From assembly GCA_024704765.1 (NCBI GenBank), contig JAKMXF010000030.1, positions 1 to 64,000 on the forward strand: DNA of 64,000 nt. The letters are read 5' to 3'. The first letter of the stretch is position 1, and each line of letters starts with the position of its first letter. The translations under genes and the position numbers were made by a program. This DNA comes from Oopsacas minuta (Eukaryota > Animalia > Porifera). The notes under the pieces were generated by a model. The model was not told the origin of the DNA. It worked only from the letters and a program-made list of their open reading frames with translations, and ran no database searches. Shown here in pieces: positions 11,899 through 23,851 of this stretch.

Positions 11899-14800
11899 TT
11901 ACTGAGTAGCGGCGATAGATCCCAGTACTTGTGATTTGCAGTAGACACAGGCTCCTGACTCTTGGACTAATCTGTCCGCACAGCTGAGACAAGCGACAAG
12001 ATGATTACAGGGCTGTAGGAGTCTAACACGTGACCTCTGACCGCAGTAGAGACAGGTAGGGGTATCAGATGGTACCGGCGTAGTGTCCGATATGTCCTGT
12101 CTCCAAGGATTAGGGTGCTCTAGTTCATTACTACCTGACGGGAACCTATTTGATATATATGAATAAATTCACACCTCTATAGACTAATCAGAATAGAGGT
12201 GTTACTTACCCTGTGACCTCAGCTGATTGAGATTGTTTGACTAAACTCATTTCAATTACATCCATACGTCTCTTCATGTACTCTACTGTCTGTTGGTATT
12301 GGAGACAATTGGTCTCTAAGTGATTGATCCTCTCCTATAAGTATGCATATATGATACCAAAAAGGTGTTAAGATATGATTAATTCTTACTCTAGCTTGCT
12401 TGAGCTGATCTCTTAGGATTTCATTTTCAATACTATTCAGGGAATTAGCGCCTGGACTAGTAATTAGATTACCAGCTGTAGATAACAGCTGATTTCTAGA
12501 CTGATTGATTAGTGTTTGAGTAGTCATATTAAGAGAGGATTGAGAACCATATTTCTCCTCTAACAGACTGTCCAAGAGGACGTGATCTGTTGGATGGGCC
12601 GGAGCACTGGTACTTAACAGGTCTGCTTGTATTCCTACAAACATAAAAAATTGTTTCTTTATTTATTTGTTTACAAACTTTTAAGATTCTAGCTTATATC
12701 ATTTTCACACCTCCAGAGCTTATGTATAACTAGAAATTAATTAAATTACCAGCAGCTGATTGGTCTGAGAGGTGTATGAAGGGAGTAGCTATAGATGAGG
12801 ATCCCTCTGTCCCCGCTAGGAGAGGAGGGAATGTTTGGTGTAGCTCTGTTAACCTGTTATATAAATATGATTAATTATTCACACCTATTAGCTAAAAATA
12901 TGACAGAGGATATGTCTCCAGAAGTGTTAATGGATGAGACTACAGGTGGAGAGACGCTAGCCAACTTCCTGTCGTCTCTGGAGGAGATTACCCCAACTAT
13001 ACCAGACTCACTGACAAGTTTGTTTACAAATATTATTGTATACATATTATAACACCTGTATTTATATAGGCTATTATCTACAGAGGAGCGGATTCAGCGC
13101 TACGGACCCCCGAGTGGTGAGACTGATCTCCCTCGCAGCTCAGAAATTTATCTCAGAGGTGTCAAATGATGCGCTACAGCACTGTAAAATGACTGGCATA
13201 GGTCAAACCTCCAAAAAGAATTCTAAAGATAAATCCTACTGTTTGACTGTAGAGACTTTACAACCCGCACTAACTGATTACGGAATAAGTGTTAAGAAAC
13301 CACCTTACTACTCATAGCAACCAGTTGGGTAAATGAAATGCGGAGTGTATTATTGGAATTTGTAGCTGTGTTGTTTGTTTTATTAATCAATATATAACAC
13401 CTTCTTAACTAACCTCTGGTTAGAGTCCAAGTGTCTGTCTGATGAGATTGAAGAGGCTTCAGAATCTAACAGCTGATTCGTCAGCTGATTACCAACACTC
13501 ATAGCATGCATTGCTTGTGTCAGTGACTCATGAGCAGTTTGTACTTTTATTGATTGGTTAGGAACCTTGAGAGGAGAGGTGTTTTGGCGTTTAATAACTT
13601 CATAAGCATGAGTAGGAGCAGAGGTAGACATATAGTCAGGCATTAAGGGACCCTGAGGTATCTGAGAGAAGGTTTGTAGGAATTTCTGTGCTGCAGGGCT
13701 AGTCGCTAAGATAGGCACTTTAGATTCTAAATAGACCAATCAGATGTTAGAGTTACAGCTGTTATTCTCTTATAAACTAACCATTCAAAGCTTCAGAGAA
13801 TGGGAACCCTTCAAGTTCAAATTCTAGAGAATTGATATCCTCCGCGGTAGGAGCTGTCCCTCCCTCCTGAGTGTCAGATAGGGAGCTAGCTACAGATCCA
13901 GAGTGCTTGGGAGACACCCCTAGGGCCAGTTCATCCTCTAAGGGGTCCTGTTTGAGATCAGATCCATGTGGCATAGATCCGCTAGAATATCTATAGAAAT
14001 AGCCAATCAAATAACAGAGTTATAATAGTATATAGAATACATACGCTATTCCGAGGTGTGAAGTCTTGTTACCGATTGGTTTGGGGAGAGAGGAAGGTGC
14101 TACTATGCTCCTGTGAGACACAAACTCTCCCTCTGTCTGTCCGTTGAGGTCTAGAGAGACAGGAGTGGAGAGTGGGGCGCTAGTTAGTTCTCTGTGAGCG
14201 TTAAGCTCTGCTTCGTTATGAGCAAAAGCGCAGAAAGCTCCTCTAGGACAATATCTATAAATAGAACAGATAGAACAAATAGAACAAATAGAACAATCAT
14301 TACGTTACCCAGTTTGCTGTACATCATTACACTTAGTAGATTTATAAATCTCTACATGGAACTGTTGCTCTGTCCTTGTGTGACAATACAGACACTGATC
14401 AGACCCCTCACAGTGTCTGGGGTCTCCCCATTCGTCGTTAACCTTAACGCTAGGACAGGGGGTAGATCTGTACTTGTGTGGCTAAATAATCAGCTGATTA
14501 GATAATTAGATTAGCTATTATAACAGCTGATTACCTTAGGGCTCCTTCTCTTGTCCTTATTATTATGGAAGAAGGGGCAGGCGTAACCCTGTCTACAGAG
14601 CTTGGGAGGTTTAGGGCAAGGTTCTGTCTTATAGTAAGTCAGAACAAAGCTGGAGTTCTGCCATCTGGGATCATCTGTCAGATAGCCTTTCTCCCTCTCC
14701 AGAGACCCGAAGAGACCTAGTGATAACCAATAAGATAATATTCTTTACATTCCAATGAACCTATTCCCTCACCAGGTCCCGCCTCCTCCTCGTCCATATT

Positions 14801-15459
14801 CTGTATCTCTCTGACGTCACACTCCGGTTTCCTCATGTCATGAGTCCCGTGAGCAAAAGCACAGTGTACTCCATTCTTAACACAATTACCCCTAGCATCT
14901 GTCTCGTGTACACAAGTACTCGTCTTATAGTATCTATTTATTGTATCATAAATATTATAGGTGATAAAATAATCACATACCTGAGGTGATATCTCCTCTC
15001 TGTGTCTCCAGCTGTCCTGTGTAAGAAGGTACACTCGTCTCCCTGAGGACAGACCCCTGTATTCTCATCATAGAGGTTACAATAGTTATCAGCTGAGTGA
15101 TTGAAGTGTCCGTCCTTACGTCTGATGGGTCTTCTCCTCCTCTGGTTCTGGAAGTGCCAGAAGAAACAGGTAAAGGGTCTTGAAAGGTGTGAAAATATGG
15201 ATATAAAGGTGATAACTTATAAATATAATACATACCTGTGTTGGGAGCATTTGTGCTGAAGAAATAGAGTGCATTGCTCTACTCTAAATTCTGTCAAATA
15301 TTTGTAGTGAAAAGGTTTCTCTAGGGTAAGAGAGGGTGCAGGGATGAGGGGAGAGGAGCTGCTGGTGGGACTCCCTATGGTTAGGGGTCTGTCTATGCCT
15401 CCAGGGATCAGGGGAACAGATTTGGTGAGGAATTGGTCCTGAGAAGGAAATAGGCTCAT
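11899..15459 (-). CDS. UNK: Unkempt-family CCCH zinc-finger / C-terminal RING protein, multi-exon
   Basis: N-terminal [23 protein letters not shown] and [29 protein letters not shown]. Phase-consistent splicing 13414 > 12853-12750 > 12634-12390 > coiled-coil exon > final exon with C3HC4 RING (CLYC..PCNH..CLSC..CVYC), stop at 11899-11901. Confidence 0.9.
12900..13317 (+). CDS. TAF10: TFIID subunit 10, 2 exons (12900-13017, 13070-13317), nested in an Unkempt intron
   Basis: [82 protein letters not shown] is the TAF10 histone-fold signature. 52-bp GT-AG intron. Confidence 0.95.
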
Positions 15460-15647
15460 AATTGTAAATCTAATTCTAAATGAAAACCAGATATTTATAA
15501 CTACAACAGCCAATCAGATTTCTAGCTGAAATACTGCTGGATTTATGTTTGGAATTATTACAGAGGTGTTATGTGATTAATCTTATTAATATAGCACCAT
15601 AGCAACTAATTGGTATGTACATATGCTATTTATATAATAAAGGAATT

Positions 15648-16121
15648 CTAGTTTGCTTGACAACAGAACCTCTTCAAAGGTATGTGACTCTGTAACCATT
15701 TAATATCGCCATTCCATTCCTTCAGGAATGTAACTACATTCTTATTGGTCAGGTCGGGAGCTTCGAGTCCAATCGTAGAGAATAATTCCATTTCTCTCTC
15801 AATTGTCATTCTAGTACCATCTAGTTTACAGCTGCTCTTATATGAATATTTAGGTGTTAGTTCCGGTTTAAGTTGAGTGTCAAATCTTAGCAAATATCTC
15901 TCAATCAGCTGACATATTTCTGAGATAGAAAACACCTCTTTTGATTGGTCCATTTCTGTCTGAAACCATTTGAGTTTGTTTACAATAAAGGTGTTAGAAA
16001 TATATTTTGTTTGTTGTTGTTTTTCTTGTTTATTTTTGTGAATAATTTTCTTACTAAGCTGTTTAAGCTTCCTGGAATGTGGATGTAATTGTTTGTTTGT
16101 TTGTTTACCTTTATTTCCCAT
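15648..16121 (-). CDS. TMA16: Translation machinery-associated protein 16 (single exon)
   Basis: LHPHSRK..KLKWFQ..LIERYLLRF..MTIERE..GLEAPDL..FLKEWNGD matches the recalled TMA16 pattern. Confidence 0.85.
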   Translation of the reverse strand: MGNKGKQTNKQLHPHSRKLKQLSKKIIHKNKQEKQQQTKYISNTFIVNKLKWFQTEMDQSKEVFSISEICQLIERYLLRFDTQLKPELTPKYSYKSSCKLDGTRMTIEREMELFSTIGLEAPDLTNKNVVTFLKEWNGDIKWLQSHIPLKRFCCQAN

Positions 16122-16332
16122 TTAGCTATCAAATACAAATATTATCAGCTGACTGAGGTGATTAATCATAAAAGAATAAATATATTTAATTATTAGAATT
16201 ATTAGATTTGTTACATTCAAAACTAAAATACAAAATACACAAATACACAAATAAACAAACAAATAAACAAATAAACAAACAAATAAACAAATAAACAAAT
16301 ATTCACACTGTTTGTATTCAGTAATCAACCAA

Positions 16333-17625
16333 TCACTTTTTTTTCTTGTTTCGTAATTTTGACGGGGACGTACCTGAGAAGGGAGGAGGTGGTACAGGGG
16401 TCAATTCTGATTGGTCAGGGACAGGGATAGGAACATCCCTGGGTGTTAGTTCCGGAATATCTGTGATGTTAAGTAAGGAATCTGATTGGTCAGATTCTGA
16501 GGTACAACTTATCGTATCAGAGGCACAACTCATAGCTTTTGATTGGTCGATACAAGAATAAGCTGGAGGTTCTGGTCTATAGTTTGCATCTAATTGGTTA
16601 ATACTAATCTCTCTTTCCTTAAACAGCTGTTGATCAGCTGCTGTCTGTAAGAAAGGGTGTCCTACCTTGGGGACAGATCCCATACTGATGGTCTCACGGG
16701 CTGGCACCTCTCGGATAACTGACTGGAGAGAAGGATTTGATTTTTTGGCAGTCATAGGATGAGGTCTCGGTTTCAACACAGGAGATTCTATTTTGGTACT
16801 AAATGTCTTAGACTTTGACATAGGGGGCAGTTCCTGTGAGACAGGGGGTCTACCCAAATTACCAGACCCTGTCCTATTCAATGGGTAGGGGTTAGGATCT
16901 ATAACAGGCTTAGTCAGAGACCGAGCCAATTTTAAAGAGGACAGTTCTCCCTTAGCTACCTCCTCCTGATGATTTGCTAAGCTCTTGTCCTCTTTCTCCT
17001 GTAACATAGCTGCCATTTCTTCATCCTGGAGCTGTTGTGCTAACTGATCGTCACTTCGAAGCTCCTGAATCCTAAACAACCAATAAGAATAAAGAGTTTA
17101 TACTAGCTGGACCAGGGATATGTTACAACAAAATGCCAATATTTCACATTACATTCCAGTGTTACCATGGTTACTACAGTATAGTAATGATATGTGTTCT
17201 ATACATGTATTATACCTATTTTTGGTGTGATTGAATCCGATCAGTTCTCTGGATAACCAAGTCTGTACTCCTGTAGTATCTCCTGTCTCTTTGTCCTGTA
17301 GCTTATTAGCTAATGTCATATCCATCTCCTCTCTCTTCAAACGCTCAGTCTCTGAGAGTTGTAAACAAATAACAAATAAACAAACAAACAAACAAATAAA
17401 CCACTAACCGACTATTTTGTTAATGGTCTCCTCTTGCAGTGCCACTTTAGCAGCCACTCTAGACCCAACAGTCACATTTTGGTGTCGTGTCTGAGAAGAG
17501 GACACATTAGCCCCCTTGAGGGCAGAGAACTCATCGGTCTGTAATCTCTCAGCAAATTCAGAATCGGCGATTTGTTGGAACTTTATTTTAGCCTCAGAGG
17601 GGCTAACTATCTCATCAGTAGACAT
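16333..17625 (-). CDS. CCDC50-like protein with repeated LA(Q/N)xLQxxE helices, 3 exons (17625-17409, 17351-17216, 17071-16333)
   Basis: Repeated motifs DSEFAERLQTDE, DMTLANKLQDKE and DDQLAQQLQDEE..MLQEKE resemble the CCDC50 N-terminus. Splice phases are consistent. Pro/Ser-rich tail. Confidence 0.55.
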
Positions 17626-17727
17626 AAGCTAAGAACCAATCAAATATCAGTTAATAGACCAATAGGATCAGATTAGTACTCATACAGTAATCTAATTATC
17701 TAATATTAGAGAATTCTAATCAATAAA

Positions 17728-19718
17728 TTAAGAGATAGAACAATCTGGTTTGGTACGACCACTTCGTGTCTGTGACACTTTGGTTTCTGCCACTTCTGTG
17801 CCATATTTATTCCTCAATAAGTGAGGTGTTAACAGCTTAACCTGCTCCATAACCGCGTGGAATGAGTCTCTAACACATAACCCAGTCTTAGCCGAGGTTT
17901 CCATGAATGGGGACCCAATCTTTGAGCAGTACTCAATGACCTCATCGACAGGAACCTCCCTGTACTCGTCAAGGTCCTTCTTGTTACCACACACAACCAT
18001 TGGGATCTCATCTGGATGTTCCTAGAGGTATAACTAGTAAATAACAACAAATGAAGTATGTCTGGGTTATGACTATAGTTCATATGACGTCAAATAGTAA
18101 CCAATCAGATTTGAGGGTATAAAAGCGGAAATAGGCATAAAACTCATAATTGGATTAGTCAATTAGAGGTGTGAAATGGCGGAACAAGATTTCGAATACG
18201 AAAATTTCAAACAGTTACATTCTTCTCAAAGTATGAGTGATAAAAAGTGTCGATGTGGCGACCCCCTGCGGAGGTGGCGGGTCCTAAAAGACTCCCCAAA
18301 CAGAGGGCGGGTGTTCCTACAGTGCCAAGGGGCCTGGCCACAAGACCCGAGCGGTCTGTCCGCTTTCTGTCTGGATTGGCACTGGGAGGATGAGCTGGAC
18401 CCTGTACCAGATGTATTCTCTTTCAGAGAGGAGTACCTCCTACATCCAGACGCACGGGCCTACTTCTACTCTCAGGATTATATGAAGAGGAATAGAATTA
18501 AGATTCTAGACCTGACAGGATCAGACGGTTAGTTCTATTCACATTACAATCAATCCCCAATAATTTCTATATATTCGTGTTTCATATTATATCAGGAAAT
18601 TACTGCATACTTTCCAACTGTCCCGCCAAAACTATGTTATGGTAATATATATATTTATATTTCACACCTCTGTAGTGTCAGAAAGAGGCAATATTGGAAT
18701 AGTGAGAGCAATGGTCCATAGGGGTAAGAGATACAGTTGTCACACACAGACAGAAATTACCCTAATGGATGGGTTAGATGAAATTATTGACTTCTCTCTG
18801 AGATTGACACCTCAAGAGTCCCCTAAGGCGTCACCTCTCTCCTCTCGTTCCTCCGCAAGGTAACATTCTTATACTATTCATAATAACCTAGCAACTGACA
18901 GGAATGTGTGTTTAGATATACAAACAGGACAGATTCAGGAGACGAGGAGATTAGTGTAACAGATTACGGCGGGGACTCACAGACTGAAGACCAGCTGGAT
19001 TAGAGAGAGATCTCATTGGTCGATGATAAGAATAAAATATTGATACTATTTTTAGATTTGTCACTATTTATAGAATTGTAGTTTAGTTTGTTACAGTACA
19101 CAATAAACGATTAATTGGTTGCTATGGTTACACAATATAATAAGTGTTACATATTTGTTGTTATTTACCTTTTCCTGCTCAATCTTTTTCCTCAATTCTT
19201 TCAGCTCCAACCAGGAACTAAGAGAATTAATTGAGTATAGTGCTAGATAGGCATCTCCCTCAGCCAATGAACTGTCTCTGTATTTAAAGAATTCCTCCTG
19301 TCCTGCTGTGTCTATTATTTCTATGTCAAATACTTTACCAGAATGTGAAATTTCTGTTACATATTTCTCTTCTACCTATATATACACATTTGTAACACCT
19401 CTTAAAATGTTATTATACCAAGGTGGAGACAGAGGTCTTGTCGCCTAACACCTTGACTAATATAATTAATGTATAATAATCTCTGTTATACAGAAATACC
19501 AGCTTATATCTAAGTGTGAATTTGGTTATATGGAACTGATATCACGGTCCCTTGTGCTTCTATATAACTGAAGTATAATTAGAGGTGTTACTTACTGTAG
19601 GATCATAGTACTCAGGGAACCTGTCCTCCAGGAACCGGATAGTCATAGAACTCTTCCCGACACCTCCTGACCCTACTACACAGACACATAGCCTGGGGTT
19701 AGGATAAGGTGTAGCCAT
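17728..19718 (-). CDS. Ras-family small GTPase, 207 aa, 3 exons (19718-19596, 19375-19169, 18021-17728)
   Basis: G1 GSGGVGKS, G2 YYDPT, G3 DTAGQEE, G4 NKKD, G5 ETSAK and C-terminal CaaX CSIS. Both introns are phase 0 with canonical GT-AG. Confidence 0.9.
18176..19003 (+). CDS. Small GRF-type zinc-finger protein, probable exons 18176-18527, 18676-18859, 18916-19003, nested in Ras intron 2
   Basis: CRCG..VLKDSPNRGRVFLQC..C.DWHWED fits the zf-GRF consensus. GT-AG sites give an open frame ending in an acidic tail (DSGDEEISVTDYGGDSQTEDQLD*). The downstream exon structure is inferred. Confidence 0.7.
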
Positions 19719-19733
19719 CTAATAGATAATGAT

Positions 19734-19771
<38 letters not shown>

Positions 19772-20066
19772 CTACAAATGGTGATTATACACATATTACG
19801 TAAATAAATATAAACCCAGGAAATATTATAAAAACACAAACAATAAAATAATTAAGAAATTCAGTCAAAAATTCGGAATCTACAAATCCAATAGAAAGTT
19901 TGTATAAACACTAATACAGAGGTGTTATGTCTACTACAGTAGTAAATAGGAATCCTTTAGCTTATGACACACATCTCTATCTGTAAAGGTAAACAATAAT
20001 AAAAACAAAATAGACTGTATTTCCCTGAATAAGTTCCCGCTGGTTATTCAGGGAAATATTGTACTC

Positions 20067-20943
20067 CTAACAAACAATTACATACATGTAATTCTTAGAA
20101 AGAGATTGCATTTCTAGATTTTCCCAAGCATCGTCTTGTTGCTTACTTTCCTCCTCGTCTAGTAAACAAATAAATAAACAACAAACAAACAAACAACTAA
20201 ACAAACAACTTACATATAGCATCAACAGACTCTAGCTTAGCATCTGGTACTTTTTTCATTATAGCATCATCCACCTGTTCTAACCTAGCATATGCATCTT
20301 TTAGTACTCCTTCTATTGATTGCAGAGCTGACATATACGCATGTTTATAATCTGACAGTTCTCTCACCTCTTGAGTTAACTTCTCTACCATAACCTGTAT
20401 ACAATAAGCTTAATGTATATACATCATTATATGAGTAATTGTAACACCTTCAATCCAGTCTTCCTGTGCTGTTTGAGTTCCTCTTTCTTGGGTATCAGCA
20501 TATACTCCAGAGATGATATATTAGTCTCAAGTTCTTGGTTACGGAACTTACACGCAACTATTCTACCAACCAGACAATTCCTGTACAGCTGTAGGCTCTA
20601 ATAATTATTAATAATATCATAAATATGTATAAACCCTCAAATCTGATAGGTAGACACATTAGGCGCTTATGTGAGGTTATATTGTCTATCTATAACACTA
20701 ATGAACCATGGATAATCTTACCTTTACAGCTAATGCATTTAGGTCAGATAGATATGTCTGATGCACTTTATAGAAATCATTAGTAATCAATCCTGCACAT
20801 TCCTGAATAAGGTCTATAACACTAGAAGTGTGTTGTGTCTGATTCAGCTGTCTATTTATCTTTTCGTCCCAATTAATCACATTATCTCTTGACGCCTGAT
20901 AAGCCTTGTCAACTGTTTTCTATAATACACACGTGTAAACAAT

Positions 20944-20976
<33 letters not shown>

Positions 20977-22528
20977 AAAAATATGTAAATAACAAACATT
21001 ATGTTTCGCAGCTTCTTTTCTTTGTAAATCTATTTTCTTAGCAGACTCCCTCAGCTGTAATAATCTAGCTTCTAATTCTTCTTGTTCATTTCTATAATTA
21101 AATTCATATATTTAGCAATTATTAGTAATAAAACAAATAAACAAGTAAACATACTTATTCTTCCGCAGCTCTAAATTCTGTTCCTCATCTAACTTCTCAT
21201 AATGTTCCTTAGATTTATTGTATACCTTATCCAGAGTGTTTGTTGATTTCTCTATTCGTGACAGATCATCACGGCAGTGATTCTATAAATCAGAAGTAAA
21301 TAACAATAATTAACACCTGTATAATTAGAATAATACCATGAGGATATTAATCTTATTCTTCTCTGTGTCAAGAGTCTCACTTATTTCTTTCTCAAACTTC
21401 TGTACAGTTATATGTCTATTCGTGCGAGCTACTTCAGTGTATCTCTTCTCTGCTAGTGATTTTTGTTGTTCTGCTCTACCCACACTAACCTCTGTAAATA
21501 ACAACAAATAATTATCGGTTTTTTATATTAGCGGGCAAATTACTGGATAATAACAAAATGTTAATATGTAAACAAGTAAACAAAAATTACCAATCTTCTC
21601 CATAGCGTCACTCAAACACTTCTCAGCTGTATCCAGGTCTCCATTCTGTAAACAGGCTTGTCTCTGTTGCCTACACATATTAGCCTCCTTCAACAGTTCG
21701 ATGGAGATATAGGATACATCCACCTGATCTCCAGAGTAGCTGTTAGTTTCCTGGAATATTGAAGACAACTTATCGAATACAATGTTTGAGTTATTCAGAG
21801 ATGTCTCTCCACTCTTTGCGATCAAGGCAGCATTATTAAGAATATCTGTAAACAAATAAACAAACAAATAAACAAATAAACAAATAAACAAATAAACAAA
21901 CAAATAAACTTACCCAATAGGTTCTGAGCTTTCTCCTGCTGTATTTGATTGCCCTGATGACTGACAACATATTTCAGATATTTTACAAACTTCCTGAATT
22001 CCTCATCTACATAATAAGGAAATAAATACTGACACAATTCTAACACCTACCTACCATTTGCAGAGGTAGCCTTTACTCTATCTTGAGAGGAGGCCAGCAG
22101 CTCCTCGTTCTGGAAGAAGAGGGTAGCCTTCATCAGCTGGGGAAGACTCTTTATCTAGAAATAGAAATAAAGATATGTTAACTAAATTTCAATCTTAGAA
22201 TTCTCCAAAAGATTAGAAATTCTTGGAGAATACCATAGCAACGTAATCTATGTATTGGTATGTAGCTTACAGCTGAGATATCTTTCCCCTCATTCTCCTC
22301 AGGGGCTTGTAGGGCTTGTGTGTACTCATCGTAGGTACAGGCTGGCTTCCTCTCCTCATGCCATTGATCCAGTACAATCAGCTGATCATTAGTTGCTACC
22401 TGCTCCCCTGCTGTATCCCTGGTGGTACGAGGGGTGGGTGTAGGGTGAGAGGGCTCGCTCGTGCCCTGAGACTGTCCCTCAGGAGTCTCTACTAAAGTGA
22501 ATTCAGACGTCTCTAATAATTCTGCCAT
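20067..22528 (-). CDS. Multi-exon coiled-coil protein of unknown family
   Basis: A series of helical, charged minus-strand exons with GT-AG boundaries from MAELLETSEF to an acidic last exon EEESKQQDDAWENLE. No family recognised. Confidence 0.65.
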
Positions 22529-23259
22529 CTATCAGGTGCTAAGTGAAATAACGACACATTAATAAGTAGGAATTTCACAAATATGATTACTATAAATTTC
22601 CAGCGCCAAAAATATAAGAATAATAAGATGATTAGTTTTGTTGCTATGGTAGATGGAATTTGATATTACAACTCTCTGAGCATATAATGTGATAATTATG
22701 TAATATTGTAAGTAATACTCTAAATATAGAACTATGTAGCTATTAGTTCTGGTTATATCTCCTGGGCTAACACCTCTCCTAGCTGTGAGACAACAAGCGA
22801 GACAGAGGGGGCAAGAAAGGGTACCAATTCCAGGGAATTATTTTCAGTAACTAATAAAATTATTATAAGAGTTCTCTGTACTTCCTTATAAGGAAATATT
22901 CAAATAAACTAAGCCACATTCCAGAATATCACGTTAGTAACCAAGACCTGATATATTTGTGAACAATTATTGTCCTGGTCAGACATAATTGGAGTACACC
23001 TGGTTTCCATAGCAACCCATAAAGAATTTCAAATCTATTTCTAATAAAAAGTATATTTTCTCTACAAATACTGAAAATTAACCTATCACCATTTTGACAC
23101 CTTTTGGAAGTAAAGATATTCTAATCGTAATTCCTTAGAAACGACCGATTACATTCCACAGGTTTCCATGGTAACGCAAAGGTTTCTTAGATAAAATTCT
23201 TTCAATTATTTCACTGAAATAATCGTTTGGCTTCCAAGGTTATGCTTAGAATATAAATA

Positions 23260-23378
23260 TTAGTGGCATAATAGTGTCGAAATATCTATATTTTAGTGGC
23301 ATAATAGTGTCGAAATATCTATATTTTAGTGGCATAATAGTGTCGAAATATCTATATTTTAGTGGCATAATAGTGTCG
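23260..23378. repeat. 33-bp tandem repeat, about 3.6 copies
   Basis: Unit TTAGTGGCATAATAGTGTCGAAATATCTATATT. Confidence 0.95.
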
Positions 23379-23851
23379 AGTCAGGGGTGTACATCCAGGC
23401 GGGGGTATGCTCTATGTAACCCTCTCCCCTGCATTTTACCTTTTGAGATTTGTCTAACTGATTTTTGCTCTCAAATATTTTGAGTTTCTTGTTTTATTCA
23501 AATTACACAATTCTCGAATCTGAGGTGTCATTTCTTAGCTGTTGTTATTATTGTTTATCTTTTGTCGAGTCAGGAACTTTAATAAATACGATTATGGAAT
23601 ATTCATATTTGTCATATCTAGAAAGGTGTTAGTTACAAATTCTCCATCCCAACACAAAATCTTATATGATTGTATCTGTCATGGTATTTGCATTGAATCA
23701 TTGTGACACAATACGAGATCTGCCACCTGTACCACTTCGATATATCACACTACTTATTCACATTAACCTATGACTATATTGCTTATCTTTTGACTTATAC
23801 TATTTGCATGTATATGACACTAATTAACACCTTATAGTTCTGGTACTAGCT

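Noticed and set aside
18596-18641. A possible 46-nt extra exon in the GRF zinc-finger gene
   Set aside because: Including it shifts the frame into a stop shortly afterwards, while skipping it gives a continuous ORF. It could still be an NMD or alternative exon.
23260-23378. CRISPR-like appearance of the 33-bp and 37-bp (43275-43422) repeats
   Set aside because: The units are head-to-tail with no unique spacers, there are no cas genes, and the context is eukaryotic.
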